Of a stretch of 55,619 nt of DNA, positions 26,197-35,954 are shown piece by piece. The position numbers and the translations under genes are program-made. The notes below the pieces were generated by a model. It saw nothing but the letters and a program-made list of their open reading frames with translations. It was not told the origin of the DNA and did not search any database. Source of the DNA: a virus (Duplodnaviria; Caudoviricetes); IMG/VR virus record IMGVR_UViG_3300042305_001248, positions 1 to 55,619 of that record; one strand, written 5' to 3'. The first letter of the stretch is position 1, and every line of letters begins with the position of its first letter.

Positions 26197-27263
26197 CGTC
26201 GAGGCGGGATGTAGACGGTCGTCCCGGCGAGCACGAGCGAGTCAACGAGACCGTTCGCGTCCGCGATCCGCTGCCAGTCGTCCGAGGAGCCGTAGTAGCG
26301 CAGCGCGAGGCCGCGAAGGGTCGTATCGCCAGGGACGACGACGGTCTGCCCTCGCGGAGCGACGTCGCGCTCCAGCTCTCGACGGGCGACCCGAGTCGCC
26401 TCCGCCGCGAGGACGTCCTGCGTCCGAGAGACCGTCCTGCGCCACGACTCGATGGAGAGCACGCCGAGGACCGAGTCGCTCGTGATCGCCTCGGTGTAGG
26501 GGAGGTCCGAGAGGAGGACCGCCGCGCCCTCGACCTCGGAGCGGATCGTCGAGGCCGACGACGCGACGAGGTTGACCGGCTCCGTGATGCTCGCTCCGGG
26601 AGCCGTGAGCGTGATCGCGTTGAGCCCCGAGAAGACCTGGGCGAGCTGGACGCGCTCGCTCCGGAGCGCCGCCGAGAGCGCCGCTCGATAGGCAGGGAGC
26701 GCAGCGCGTCCACGGGTGCTCCGGACCGCCTCGTCGTTCGCGTCCATCGACGAGCGAAGCGCGGGCTTCGGCTCCGCGACCTCCTCGGCCGCACGAGGAG
26801 CCGAGAGAGCCTCCTGGAACCAGACGAACTCGGCCTCCCACTCGACGTCTTGCGGGCGGATCCACGACGGCGTGAAGCGCGAAAGGATGCCCTCGCGGAC
26901 GACCGAGTACCATTGAACGCGGAGCCGCTGGCCCGAGCGCCGCAGCGCCTCGAACGCCTGGACGACGCGCTCCGCCGTCGCGGTATCGCCAGGAGAGAGC
27001 CCATCGAAGCCGACCGCCTCGACCTGTCCAGGGAGGAAGCGGTCCTTCCAGGTGCCCTGGATGACCGTAGGCTCCAGCGTCGAGGCGAGAACCTGCATCG
27101 TGCCCGAGGGGTTGCCTGGGTAGAACGTGAGCTTGTGGTTCGTCGAGCCGCCGAACGCGACGCGCTGATAGGGCAGGGCGCGACCGAGCAGCTCGACCTC
27201 GCGGAGCTGTCCGGTCAGCTCGACGATCGAGAATCGGCCAGCGAGAGACAGCGGCTCGGTCAC
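26193..27263 (-). CDS. Tail tube initiator with C-terminal LysM/tail-X domain
   Basis: TLRGLALRYYGSSDDWQRIADANGL...L..G..VYIP. Confidence 0.8.
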   Translation of the reverse strand: MTEPLSLAGRFSIVELTGQLREVELLGRALPYQRVAFGGSTNHKLTFYPGNPSGTMQVLASTLEPTVIQGTWKDRFLPGQVEAVGFDGLSPGDTATAERVVQAFEALRRSGQRLRVQWYSVVREGILSRFTPSWIRPQDVEWEAEFVWFQEALSAPRAAEEVAEPKPALRSSMDANDEAVRSTRGRAALPAYRAALSAALRSERVQLAQVFSGLNAITLTAPGASITEPVNLVASSASTIRSEVEGAAVLLSDLPYTEAITSDSVLGVLSIESWRRTVSRTQDVLAAEATRVARRELERDVAPRGQTVVVPGDTTLRGLALRYYGSSDDWQRIADANGLVDSLVLAGTTVYIPPRR

Positions 27264-29120
27264 TCAGTACCTCGTCAACGCGGGCACGAAATTGGAGGTG
27301 ATCCGCGACTCGGCCTGCCGGTTGATGTCCTCGATCATGTACATCAGGACGCGGTCGGGGTCGCTCTGCCGGAATTCCTGGTTGACCGTGATCCGAGAGC
27401 CGCGGAAGTCGTTGACGGTCGTCGCTCGCTCGGTCGGCGTCGTCCCTCCCATGCCGGTCGGAGCCTCGACCTGTCGAGCGCCCTGCGAGATAGCCCGGAC
27501 GGTCTCCGAAACTGCGCCCGTCGTCGGCGCCGTCGTCGCGAGGCCGAAGATCCCGAGGAGCCGAGACAGCTCGACGCCCAGCTCCAGGATGAAGTCTCGG
27601 AACGGATCGACGAGATAGACCCGGACCGCCTCTGCCATGGCGGACATCTGCGTCAGCACGCCGCGAAGGGCGAAGACAAAGATCCGGACGCTGCTGATCC
27701 CCTGGAGGAGCGCCGGGATCAGGATCGCGGAGAGCACGGTCCCGAGCAGCTCCAGCATCGGGACGAGGACGTCGCCGCCGTAGACGCCGATCATCGCGAG
27801 GTCGGCCCCGATCTGCTCCAGCACGGGCAACACGAACGAGAACATCTTCTGGAAGGCGTCGAACCGCTGGTAGACGACGAGCGCGACGCCAGCGACCGCA
27901 GCGAAGACAGCCGCGACCGCCGCGAGAGGCGCTGCGAGGCCCGACATGGCAGCCGCGAACGCGCCGACGCCTCCTCCCGCCCCTCCAGCCGAGAGGAGCA
28001 GCGTGCCCAGCTCTGCGAGCGCGGAGAGCCCGTTGATCGCAGTCGCGATCCCGCCGAGGCCCGTCGCGAGAACCGCACGAGCCGCGGAGAACGCGAGGAA
28101 GGTCTGCCCCGCTCGGATCAGACCGGGGAGCACTTCGCGGAGGTGGCGCACCATGTCGCGCCCCGCCTCCATCATCTCGCCCCAATGGCTCGCGAGGTAA
28201 TCCATCGCCCGATCGAGCGCAGCGAAGACGCGCCCGAGGTGCTCCCCGAGCTGCGCCCCCGCAGCCTGGAGCGTCTGCCGCATCGAGTCGCGGTTCTCCA
28301 GGAGCCGATCGTTGAGCGACCCGAGCCAAGTCGTCAGCCGCCCGAACGCGGGCCCGAAGAGCGCCCCCGTGAGGTTCTCGACGATGTCGCGGAAGGTCGA
28401 GGTGACGCCCGCGAAGCTCTGCCCGTATGCCTCCGACGCCTCGGAGAAGCTTCCGAGCGCCCGCGTCATTATCGCGATCCGCTCGGGCTGCGATAGCGCG
28501 TTGAACGCCTGCGCGTCCTCCGCGATCGCGCCCGTCGCCCGAAGCATCGAGAACAGGCGGACGTCCATGCCCGCAGCGCCGCGAGCCATCGCCTGAATGT
28601 CCCGGCTCGCTTGCGGGAGGTCGATGTTCAGCGCCGTCGCCGCGCTGACCGTGTCGAGCATGACGTCGCGGATCTCGGTCGTCGCGAGACCCGCGCCTCG
28701 GAGCGGGCCGTAGATGCCTTGGAAAATGTCGAACAGCTCTCGCGACGTCGCGACCGAGCGGAGCGCGTCGGTCTGGATCTGCTCGAAAAGCGCCGCGCTC
28801 TCCCGCTGCGCCTCGGAGAACGGGATGTGCTCGACCGCCGACATGACAGCCGCGAGACCGATCCGCGTCCCTTCGAGACCCTGCTGGTACTCGACCGCGT
28901 TCGAGACGAGCGCCCGCATACCGCCGACGACGGCGTTGATCCCGACGTAGGCAGCCCCGAAGCCCATCAGCGAGCGCACGAGCCCGCCCGCGAGACTCTG
29001 CGAGCCAGCGAGACCCGAGCGCAGGCTCTCCAGACGACCGGCGAGAGACTGGAGCGAGCGGATCCCGGCCTGGGCCCGGATCACCAGCTCGCCTTCTACG
29101 CGGTACTCCTCGCCTGCCAC
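27264..29120 (-). CDS. Tape measure protein (618 aa)
   Basis: Ala/Gly-rich helical protein with hydrophobic stretches, after the tail chaperones. Confidence 0.85.
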   Translation of the reverse strand: MAGEEYRVEGELVIRAQAGIRSLQSLAGRLESLRSGLAGSQSLAGGLVRSLMGFGAAYVGINAVVGGMRALVSNAVEYQQGLEGTRIGLAAVMSAVEHIPFSEAQRESAALFEQIQTDALRSVATSRELFDIFQGIYGPLRGAGLATTEIRDVMLDTVSAATALNIDLPQASRDIQAMARGAAGMDVRLFSMLRATGAIAEDAQAFNALSQPERIAIMTRALGSFSEASEAYGQSFAGVTSTFRDIVENLTGALFGPAFGRLTTWLGSLNDRLLENRDSMRQTLQAAGAQLGEHLGRVFAALDRAMDYLASHWGEMMEAGRDMVRHLREVLPGLIRAGQTFLAFSAARAVLATGLGGIATAINGLSALAELGTLLLSAGGAGGGVGAFAAAMSGLAAPLAAVAAVFAAVAGVALVVYQRFDAFQKMFSFVLPVLEQIGADLAMIGVYGGDVLVPMLELLGTVLSAILIPALLQGISSVRIFVFALRGVLTQMSAMAEAVRVYLVDPFRDFILELGVELSRLLGIFGLATTAPTTGAVSETVRAISQGARQVEAPTGMGGTTPTERATTVNDFRGSRITVNQEFRQSDPDRVLMYMIEDINRQAESRITSNFVPALTRY

Positions 29121-29135
29121 GACGCCTCCAGCGTA

Positions 29136-29393
29136 TCAGCCTCCGGGCCTATGCGCCGCGTTCTCCTCGCGCACGATCTCCGCCACGCAGTCCGCGAAGA
29201 GCCCGAGCCAGTAGACGTCACACGAAAGCGCCTCGGCGAGCGTGATCGAGGTGTACCGCGTCACAAACGCAAGCCGCTTCGTCACGACCTTTTCGTGATG
29301 CTCGACCTCGTGGCGCGACCAGTACGCGAGCCACGCCCAATAGGCGATCGTCCCCTCCGTCAGCCGATCCGGAGAGACGCCTGCGCTTTTCCC
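29136..29393 (-). CDS. Tail assembly chaperone GT extension (-1 frameshift product)
   Basis: Slippery heptamer G GGA AAA at 29393-29387; the -1 frame is open to 29136. Confidence 0.75.
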   Translation of the reverse strand, partial: GKSAGVSPDRLTEGTIAYWAWLAYWSRHEVEHHEKVVTKRLAFVTRYTSITLAEALSCDVYWLGLFADCVAEIVREENAAHRPGG

Positions 29394-29797
29394 ATCGCGT
29401 CCTCCCCAGGCGTGCCGACCCACGCGAACATCGCCGTCGCGAGCTGCCGCCCGCCCGAGCCGAGGTGCTCCCAGAGCCACTCGTCCATGCCTCGGCCTCG
29501 GTCGATCACCTCGCCGTTCAGCGAGTGCAGAGACCGGCGAGCCATGGCCTGAGCCATGGACATGACGTCGCCCTTGCTCTCGCGAGCCGCAGCCAGCTCG
29601 TCCGCAGGCGAGAGCGCGAACAGAGTCAGCTCGAAGTCCTCGCCGAAGACGCCAGGGGCGCAGACCGAGTGATCGACGACGAACGTCACGCTCCGACGAG
29701 GGACCTCGGGACGACGTCCGCCCTCCAGGCCCTTCGTCGTCCGCTCGAACGCATCCAACAACAGCCGCCCGTTGCGGGGCTTCTCTCCGCTCGTCAT
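29360..29797 (-). CDS. Tail assembly chaperone (gpG-like)
   Basis: Between tube and TMP; slippery site near the 3' end. Confidence 0.8.
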   Translation of the reverse strand: MTSGEKPRNGRLLLDAFERTTKGLEGGRRPEVPRRSVTFVVDHSVCAPGVFGEDFELTLFALSPADELAAARESKGDVMSMAQAMARRSLHSLNGEVIDRGRGMDEWLWEHLGSGGRQLATAMFAWVGTPGEDAMGKAQASLRIG

Positions 29798-29830
29798 GTC
29801 TCTCCTCGCCTCGCCGCCTTCTTGGAGGAC

Positions 29831-29865
29831 GCGGCGGGCTCGGAGAAGGCGACCGAGCCCGCCGC
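29831..29865 (-). terminator. 13-bp hairpin after the tail tube gene
   Basis: GCGGCGGGCTCGG/CCGAGCCCGCCGC; weak U-tract. Confidence 0.55.
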
Positions 29866-29870
29866 ACCAA

Positions 29871-30311
29871 TCAGAAGAGGAACCGGCCCTGCGAGCACTC
29901 GAACTCGACGGTCGCCGAGACGTACTCGTCGCGACCGCCCACGTTCACCGGCAAGGGGCCGAAGAAGACGTCCTCCAGGAGCACGCGAGGGCGCTCGCCG
30001 TTCGGGAAGCTCATCGCGACGAGAACGTTGAACCGAGCGCCCGCGGGGCTCCGACGCTGCGAGCGGTCGGTCACCTGCTGGACGAAGCGGAAGTACGCCT
30101 GCCGGTCGAGGTGAAACTCCATCCGGCCCGATACGCCCTTGAAAATGTCGTCCTTCCGCTCCGTGGTCTCGCCCAGGTAGCCCTCGGACAAGATCTCGGT
30201 CTTGAACTCCAGCTCGAAGGAGCTGACGCCTCCGGAGCCGATCGCCTCGACGTTGCCCGTGGGGGCGACCATCGTGACGCGGACCTCCTGGCCTTTGATG
30301 CGCTGCGACAT
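29871..30311 (-). CDS. Tail tube protein
   Basis: 146-aa beta-rich ORF directly after the sheath. Confidence 0.8.
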   Translation of the reverse strand: MSQRIKGQEVRVTMVAPTGNVEAIGSGGVSSFELEFKTEILSEGYLGETTERKDDIFKGVSGRMEFHLDRQAYFRFVQQVTDRSQRRSPAGARFNVLVAMSFPNGERPRVLLEDVFFGPLPVNVGGRDEYVSATVEFECSQGRFLF

Positions 30312-30331
30312 AGTGCGGGTCTCCTACTCGA

Positions 30332-32575
30332 TCAGGACAGGTCGGCCACGGTGACGACGCCCTCGCCGATCTCGGTCTGGAGCACGATCGCATCCAGGCT
30401 GGAGAGGGTCCGGACCTTGACGATGAACACGAAGATGCCGCGAGCGGTCAGCTCGGGCGTCTGCCCGCTCGTCTCGTCCACGAGGAACGAGTCGATGCGC
30501 GCCGTCTCGGGCGCGTTGATGCTCTGCAGCTCCGCGAGGAACTGCTCGATCACCGAGCGGATCGAGTCGCGCCGAGCAGGCGTCGCGAGCCGCTTCGAGA
30601 ACGGCACCAGAGCCCGAGCGAGCGAGTCCTGGATGAAGTCGGCCATCTTCCGCCGCGCCTGCGTCGTCTTCCCCGCGGTGAGGTCGGTCGTGATGCCGCT
30701 CTGGTAGACGCTGCCGCTCGTCGGGTCGCGCCGAGGAGCGCAGATCCCGTTCGCCTTGAACGCGATGTACGAGTCGATCCCGAGCGCGACCGTCGAGCCG
30801 CTCTCCACGACGGGCTCGACCGCGAAGAAGTTCTCGATCAGGCCGGTCGCCTGCCCAGGGTTCTCCTCGGGCGGGAGCTGGCAGTCGATGGTCGCGAGAG
30901 GCGCGTCGCCGCGCATCGTGATCACGCCGTCCTCGGTGAAGCCGAGCCCGCCAGCGGTGCCACGAGCCGCGATCTCCGGGACGCGGACCTTCCACCCAGG
31001 GTAGGTGTAGAAGACCCGATCCCGCCGATACTGCGCGACGTCCGCGATCGCCTGCGCCCGCGTGAAGCCGAGCGGAGCGCCCGTGATGTACTTGCGCCCG
31101 TACATGCCGCCCGCCGAGGCATCGACGGCGTTCTCGCGACCCTTGCGGATCACCGCGTCGCTCCGCCGAGCCGCGATCGAGAAGTTGACCTCGCGGACGA
31201 CGTTCGCGAGGTCGATCGTCCGGTCGAACGCCGCCTCGTAGGCGACGTCCATTTGCGGCTCCGTGAGCGCAGCCCCGAGCGCGTTCGGGTTCGTGACGTC
31301 CATGTCGGCGAAGGACGGGAGGTCCACGAGGACGCTCACCGTGCCCGCGCCAGTCCCGAGCGCCGTTCCGTCGTCGAGTGCGGGGCGCACCTTGACGATG
31401 TGCGGGCCGACGTTCGGCGACGTCGCCGTGCCCGCCGCGATGGTCAGCGTCTGCATCGTGACCCACTCCGCGCCGCCCGCCGTCCGCACCCGAGTCCCCG
31501 CCGCGATGACGCCACCGGAATGCTCGCCCGCCGTGATCGTCGTCGCCAGAGGCGAGAGGCCGAGCGTCACGGACATGGAGGTCGAGGCGACGCTGATCGT
31601 CCCAGGCCCGCCCGAGCGGTAGAGCCGGATCCGACCCTGCGAGTCCACCCGAGCCGCCGCGTTGATCGCGAGCAGAGCGAGCGTCGCGTTGACGATGGTC
31701 GCGACCTCCGCGGGAGTCACCGAGAGGATGTTCGCGACGTTGCCCGTGCCCGCCGTCGAGCCCGCGACATGACCGATCGACGCCAGAGCGCCCGCCGTGC
31801 CGTCCGCGAGTACGACACTCCCGCTCGTGCCCGCGACGATGCCGTCGAGCTGCACCGCGCCGCCGACGACGCTCGCCGCCGCGTAGCCGAGCACGAGATT
31901 GATCTTCGCCGCGACCTGAGCGGGAGTCTGATCGCCCGCCGCGAAGGTCACGCGAACGGTCGGCCCGCCGTCGATCGTGAAGTCGATCGCCTCTCCGCCG
32001 ACGTAGCCCGAGGCCACGAAGACCGCGCCGGTCACCGTCGCGACCGCAGCCGCGAGAGCCGTCGAGGAGGCAGGACCGCCGACGTCGGTCGTCATCGTCA
32101 GGACGTCGCCCACCGTCAGCGCGAAGGGGCCCGACCGGCCGATGATCGCCGCCAGAGGCGAGAACGCGACCGAGCCCACCGACGTATCGACGCGGGCGAC
32201 GATCAGACGACGAGGGCGACAGAACTTGAGCTTGAGGAAGCCGTTCCCGTTCCACAGCTCGAAGAGATGCCGCCGCGCCGAGGGGTTGTTGCTCGGGACG
32301 CTCCCGTAGGTGTAGCCGAAGCCGCCGAAGCGGTTCACGAGGTCCTCCGAGCCGAAGACCTCCTGGACGCCGGAGACGCCCGCTCCGACGTACTCCGGAG
32401 CATCGCCGCCCGCTGCGAAGGAGCCGTCCTCGAACTCGCCGACGCAGAGAAGCGTTCCGCTCCCGGTGCCCGTCGTCGGGCTCTGCGGCGGGAGGTCGAT
32501 GATGTCGACCGCCTCGATCTCCGCCAGCGTCTCGATCGTGGGCTGGCTCTCGAACCGTCGGATGAAACCGGCCAT
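30332..32575 (-). CDS. Contractile tail sheath protein
   Basis: 747 aa; FGGFG N-terminal region, YPGW, RRKMADFI and C-terminal sheath fold pattern. Confidence 0.88.
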   Translation of the reverse strand: MAGFIRRFESQPTIETLAEIEAVDIIDLPPQSPTTGTGSGTLLCVGEFEDGSFAAGGDAPEYVGAGVSGVQEVFGSEDLVNRFGGFGYTYGSVPSNNPSARRHLFELWNGNGFLKLKFCRPRRLIVARVDTSVGSVAFSPLAAIIGRSGPFALTVGDVLTMTTDVGGPASSTALAAAVATVTGAVFVASGYVGGEAIDFTIDGGPTVRVTFAAGDQTPAQVAAKINLVLGYAAASVVGGAVQLDGIVAGTSGSVVLADGTAGALASIGHVAGSTAGTGNVANILSVTPAEVATIVNATLALLAINAAARVDSQGRIRLYRSGGPGTISVASTSMSVTLGLSPLATTITAGEHSGGVIAAGTRVRTAGGAEWVTMQTLTIAAGTATSPNVGPHIVKVRPALDDGTALGTGAGTVSVLVDLPSFADMDVTNPNALGAALTEPQMDVAYEAAFDRTIDLANVVREVNFSIAARRSDAVIRKGRENAVDASAGGMYGRKYITGAPLGFTRAQAIADVAQYRRDRVFYTYPGWKVRVPEIAARGTAGGLGFTEDGVITMRGDAPLATIDCQLPPEENPGQATGLIENFFAVEPVVESGSTVALGIDSYIAFKANGICAPRRDPTSGSVYQSGITTDLTAGKTTQARRKMADFIQDSLARALVPFSKRLATPARRDSIRSVIEQFLAELQSINAPETARIDSFLVDETSGQTPELTARGIFVFIVKVRTLSSLDAIVLQTEIGEGVVTVADLS

Positions 32576-32581
32576 GTCTCG

Positions 32582-33295
32582 TCACTCCTCGCAGGGAAGG
32601 TCGCACGGAGAAGGCGTGCGGCCGATCTGAACCGTCTCGCCGACGCCGCACTCCGGGAGCACGACGCGGATCGCCGCGAGCGTAGCACGCCGAAGGTGGA
32701 CCTCGTCCACCTCCGCTCGGATCCGAGCCATGAGCCGACGCTCGCGGACGTAGACCGAGCCCGCCGCGTCCATGCGCTGCATCGAGAGCAGGCTAAGGCG
32801 CACGCGCCGCCCGAAGTACGTCGGCGGGCCCTGGACGACCACGCCCCAGGAGTCCTCGCCCGGAGCGAAGAGCCGAGGGAGCGACGCCGCGACGGCCTCC
32901 CGCGTAGGGTCGTCCTCGCACCAGAAGTCGACCTGGAAGCTCGTCGCGACCTCCGCCGTCTTCCACAGGACCGTGCCCTCGCCGAACTGCCCGAAGGTCT
33001 CGTCGAGGGGCGCAGGGACGAGCGAGAAGGCCTCCTGCGGTACGTCCTGCGCGTCGAGGACGGAGGCCGAGGGGTAGTCGAGAGCTTGCGACGGCTCGGG
33101 CCACTGCCGGTAGACGCGGAGGAGGCGGAAGACGATGTCCTCGCCCGCTCCGGGTCCGCCCCAGCGGACGAACTCCGCGCAGCGGAGGTACTCGATCAGC
33201 GCCTCGCTCGCAGCCGAGCGGGAGTCGATCTGCGGAGCCCGAACGACGGGCTGATAGGGCTGCGGAAGCAGCACCGAGCCCGTCGCCGCGGTCAC
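32582..33295 (-). CDS. Tail completion/terminator-like protein
   Basis: Position before the sheath; YPSA...FQVDFW. Confidence 0.55.
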   Translation of the reverse strand: MTAATGSVLLPQPYQPVVRAPQIDSRSAASEALIEYLRCAEFVRWGGPGAGEDIVFRLLRVYRQWPEPSQALDYPSASVLDAQDVPQEAFSLVPAPLDETFGQFGEGTVLWKTAEVATSFQVDFWCEDDPTREAVAASLPRLFAPGEDSWGVVVQGPPTYFGRRVRLSLLSMQRMDAAGSVYVRERRLMARIRAEVDEVHLRRATLAAIRVVLPECGVGETVQIGRTPSPCDLPCEE

Positions 33296-33453
33296 TTCGC
33301 GAGACCCTTCAGACGCTTCCCTGCCTTCTTTGCGGCCTCTCGTGCGGTGCTGAGAGCGATCGCGATCGCCTGCTTAGGCGGTCGTCCCGCAGCGCGCTCC
33401 GCCGAGATGTTCTCGCCGATCGTCGCTCTGCTGTATCCCTTTTTCAGCGGCAT
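33292..33453 (-). CDS. Small basic phage protein (MPLKKG...KQAIAIAL type)
   Basis: Recognisable motif; GGAG RBS. Confidence 0.75.
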   Translation of the reverse strand: MPLKKGYSRATIGENISAERAAGRPPKQAIAIALSTAREAAKKAGKRLKGLAK

Positions 33454-33461
33454 CGTCGCTC

Positions 33462-33947
33462 CTACCGGGCCGGGCGAATCTTCGCCAGCTCGCGAACGAT
33501 ATCCGAAGGCAGCTCTCGCCGCATCCGTTCCCAGGCCTTCGAGAAGAATCGACGAGGCTCGATCCCTCGCTGGGAGATCGCCTTCGCGACGGCGAACGCG
33601 ACGCCCTTCGCCTCCTCCTCCGTCGTCGCGAAGCCCTTTCGCTTCGCCCACTCGACGAGAGGAGCGACCGGAGGGAAGAACGGGCGCGTCCCGTATTCGA
33701 TCATGGGAGCGTGCGGAGCGTCGACGCTCACGATCGCTCCGCCCGAGACGAACTCGGTCGAGACGCTCCCGCGGAGGGCCCTCGTGTCGACCGCAGGATG
33801 GGGCTCCGCAGAGTCGATCTCCTCGACCGCGTACCGCTCCAGACGCAGAGCGGCTCGACGGAATCCCGCGACGTAGGCACGCTCCAGATCCGGAGCGAAC
33901 CGCAGGACGCGAGCCTCGAACGCGGAGAGGCTGATCCTCCGAGTCAT
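33462..33947 (-). CDS. HK97 gp10-like neck/tail-completion protein
   Basis: VDTxxLRxS...HAxxIEYGTRP...I..RGI.PR.F. Confidence 0.8.
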   Translation of the reverse strand: MTRRISLSAFEARVLRFAPDLERAYVAGFRRAALRLERYAVEEIDSAEPHPAVDTRALRGSVSTEFVSGGAIVSVDAPHAPMIEYGTRPFFPPVAPLVEWAKRKGFATTEEEAKGVAFAVAKAISQRGIEPRRFFSKAWERMRRELPSDIVRELAKIRPAR

Positions 33948-34558
33948 CGCGGGCCCGCAGGGAGGCCCGAGCGCGTCCGATCCTCGTCCTGCCGGAGCAG
34001 GGTCGCTCGCCATTGAAAGCCGTCGGCGTCGCGGAACGGGATCCCGCGGACGATGAACCGGCGCCGCTCCGTCGAGCCGTCCCGAGCGTCGATCCGGACC
34101 TCGATGAAGCCCTGCCGCCCGGGAGGCAGCGGGAGCGCGAAGAACAGAACGCGGACCTGATCCTCGGTGTAGCGCGGACTGATCTGCTCCAGGCGCACAG
34201 AGCCACGCTCGACGAGGCCCGCGCTCCGAAGCTCGCCCGCGACGCCCGAGGTATCGACGACCCTCGGAGTCGGGAGAAGCTCCTCGTCGGAGATCACTCG
34301 CGGGAGACCTCGCCCGACGTCGCCGCCGCTCCATTCGTAGACGACGGAGTGGACGCGATACGGGCGCAGGCCGAAGTCGGTGTAGAGCTGCCGCAGAGAG
34401 TCGACCGTCTCGCCGAGAGACTCGACGAGCGAGAGGCAGGGATCCGCGAGCGGCCTCGCTCCCGAGTCGTCTCCCGGCTGACCGGGCAGGAAGAGCCGGG
34501 AGCCGCACGAGGAGCAGCCCGAGGCGGTGCCGCCACCTCCGCAGGCTCCGCAGCTCAC
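33944..34558 (-). CDS. Head closure-like protein with Cys-rich N-terminus
   Basis: Position in neck cluster; GLRPYRV...W.G. Confidence 0.55.
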   Translation of the reverse strand: MSCGACGGGGTASGCSSCGSRLFLPGQPGDDSGARPLADPCLSLVESLGETVDSLRQLYTDFGLRPYRVHSVVYEWSGGDVGRGLPRVISDEELLPTPRVVDTSGVAGELRSAGLVERGSVRLEQISPRYTEDQVRVLFFALPLPPGRQGFIEVRIDARDGSTERRRFIVRGIPFRDADGFQWRATLLRQDEDRTRSGLPAGPR

Positions 34559-34797
34559 GAGCGGCTCCTGGCCCGCGCACGGAGCGCACGAGCGGCCTTC
34601 CGGTTGAGGACGCCGCAGACGGGATCCCCAGGCTCCCGAGAGACTGCCGCGACGGGCTCGCCGACGCCGTTCAGCACGACGCGCATCGGGCGCCCGTGCT
34701 TGGCCTCGGCCTCGTCGAGGAGTCGCTCGACGGTCTCGGCGAGACCGATCGGTCGCTCTCGCGAGTCGAGACCTCGCCGGTAGATGTCGAAGCTCAC
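34555..34797 (-). CDS. Hypothetical protein (80 aa)
   Basis: GTGA coupling on both sides. Confidence 0.55.
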   Translation of the reverse strand: MSFDIYRRGLDSRERPIGLAETVERLLDEAEAKHGRPMRVVLNGVGEPVAAVSREPGDPVCGVLNRKAARALRARARSRS

Positions 34798-35207
34798 GAG
34801 CTGCTCCGCCCGCTCACGCCGCCCATCGCGAGGATCCCCTGGTACATCATCTGCGAGTAGGGGTTCGAGACGACGCCCAGGCTGTCGGCGAGCCGCGTCA
34901 TCCAGTAGAGCAGCTCGCGTCGGAGCATCTTCGTCTCGTGCGGGTTGAGGTGCAGCTCGCCGAGCTTCGTCGCCTTGAACCGGCTCCGAGCGTCCGAGAG
35001 CTGCTTCTCGATCGACTCGCACTCGCAGAGGGCTCGGCGGACCGAGAACTCGCCCTGCGGCGTGATCCGCTTGAACGAGTCGTCCACCAGGAAAAGCGGC
35101 TGCGAGGCCGCGGGGTAGCCGAGCTGGAAGCTCTGCGCGAGAGCGAGGAAGTCAGGGTAGCTCAGGAAATATTTGATCCGCGTCTGCTCGTCGGCGGTGA
35201 AGGCCAT
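34794..35207 (-). CDS. Head-tail adaptor-like protein
   Basis: MAFTxxExxRIxxFLxYP helical protein; GGAGG RBS. Confidence 0.6.
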   Translation of the reverse strand: MAFTADEQTRIKYFLSYPDFLALAQSFQLGYPAASQPLFLVDDSFKRITPQGEFSVRRALCECESIEKQLSDARSRFKATKLGELHLNPHETKMLRRELLYWMTRLADSLGVVSNPYSQMMYQGILAMGGVSGRSSS

Positions 35208-35209
35208 CG

Positions 35210-35461
35210 TCAGCCTCCCTTCTTGGTCGGGACCATGATCGGACGCTTGCCGATGCGGCGCGTGTCCCGCTCCGCTTCTCGCTTGCGTCGCAGCGCCGAG
35301 CGTACCTCCGAGGAGGTCATCGACGCAGCGCGAGCCGCAGGGACGCACTTCGGGTAGGAGCCCTTCGAGGCGTCGCTCCGGCCGCAGTCCTCGTAGCCGC
35401 CGCCCTTCTTCGGGCGCCCGAGGTCGACCCACCGCTCGCCGAACCACCTAGTCAGGCTCAT
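35210..35461 (-). CDS. Small basic protein (DUF5872-like)
   Basis: LxRWFxExWVD...CGR...YPKCVP...RRKR; family recalled, not searched. Confidence 0.7.
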   Translation of the reverse strand: MSLTRWFGERWVDLGRPKKGGGYEDCGRSDASKGSYPKCVPAARAASMTSSEVRSALRRKREAERDTRRIGKRPIMVPTKKGG

Positions 35462-35625
35462 CGGCTCGCCTTCGGAGAGGCCTCGACGCGGTACTTCCCG
35501 CCGCGCTTTTTGTACTCCTGGACGAGCCACGCGTTGGCGTAGGCCGACGGGTAGACGTCGAACTTGCGCTGCGCTTCCGCCTTCACGCGAGCGTAGAGGT
35601 CCGCGTTCGTCGGGACGTTCCGCAC
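35458..35625 (-). CDS. Small basic protein (KFDVYPSAYAN motif), not in the ORF track
   Basis: GTG start; PTNxxLYxRVKxEAxxKFDVYPSAYANAWLVQEYKKRGG. Confidence 0.75.
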   Translation of the reverse strand: MRNVPTNADLYARVKAEAQRKFDVYPSAYANAWLVQEYKKRGGKYRVEASPKASR

Positions 35626-35627
35626 CG

Positions 35628-35954
35628 TCAGCTCCGCTTCGTCCTCGCGTACCGCTCCAGGAGGCTCTCGCCCTTCGCCGCGAGGCGACGAACCGCAGCC
35701 TGCGAGGTAGGCACCGGCTCTCCCCAGGCCCGAGCCTGGAGAGCGTGCCGCGTCGGCTCGCCCGAGGGCTTCTCCAAAGGCTTCGCGGGGCCCGCGTAGT
35801 GCCTCCGGAGGAACGAGCCCTTCCGCCGCATCTTCTCCGGAGTATCGGCCGCGCCCTTCACTCCGGGCTTGAGGTTCGCGCCCTCGGTCCGAGCGTAGTG
35901 TGCTCGACCCGCAGCGGTCAGGCCGCCCTCGGGGTCTTTGAGCGGCTTCCTCAT
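35628..35954 (-). CDS. Small basic protein (DUF6321-like)
   Basis: KDPxGGLTxxGR..Y....G.NLKP...RKxSF..R; family recalled, not searched. Confidence 0.7.
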   Translation of the reverse strand: MRKPLKDPEGGLTAAGRAHYARTEGANLKPGVKGAADTPEKMRRKGSFLRRHYAGPAKPLEKPSGEPTRHALQARAWGEPVPTSQAAVRRLAAKGESLLERYARTKRS

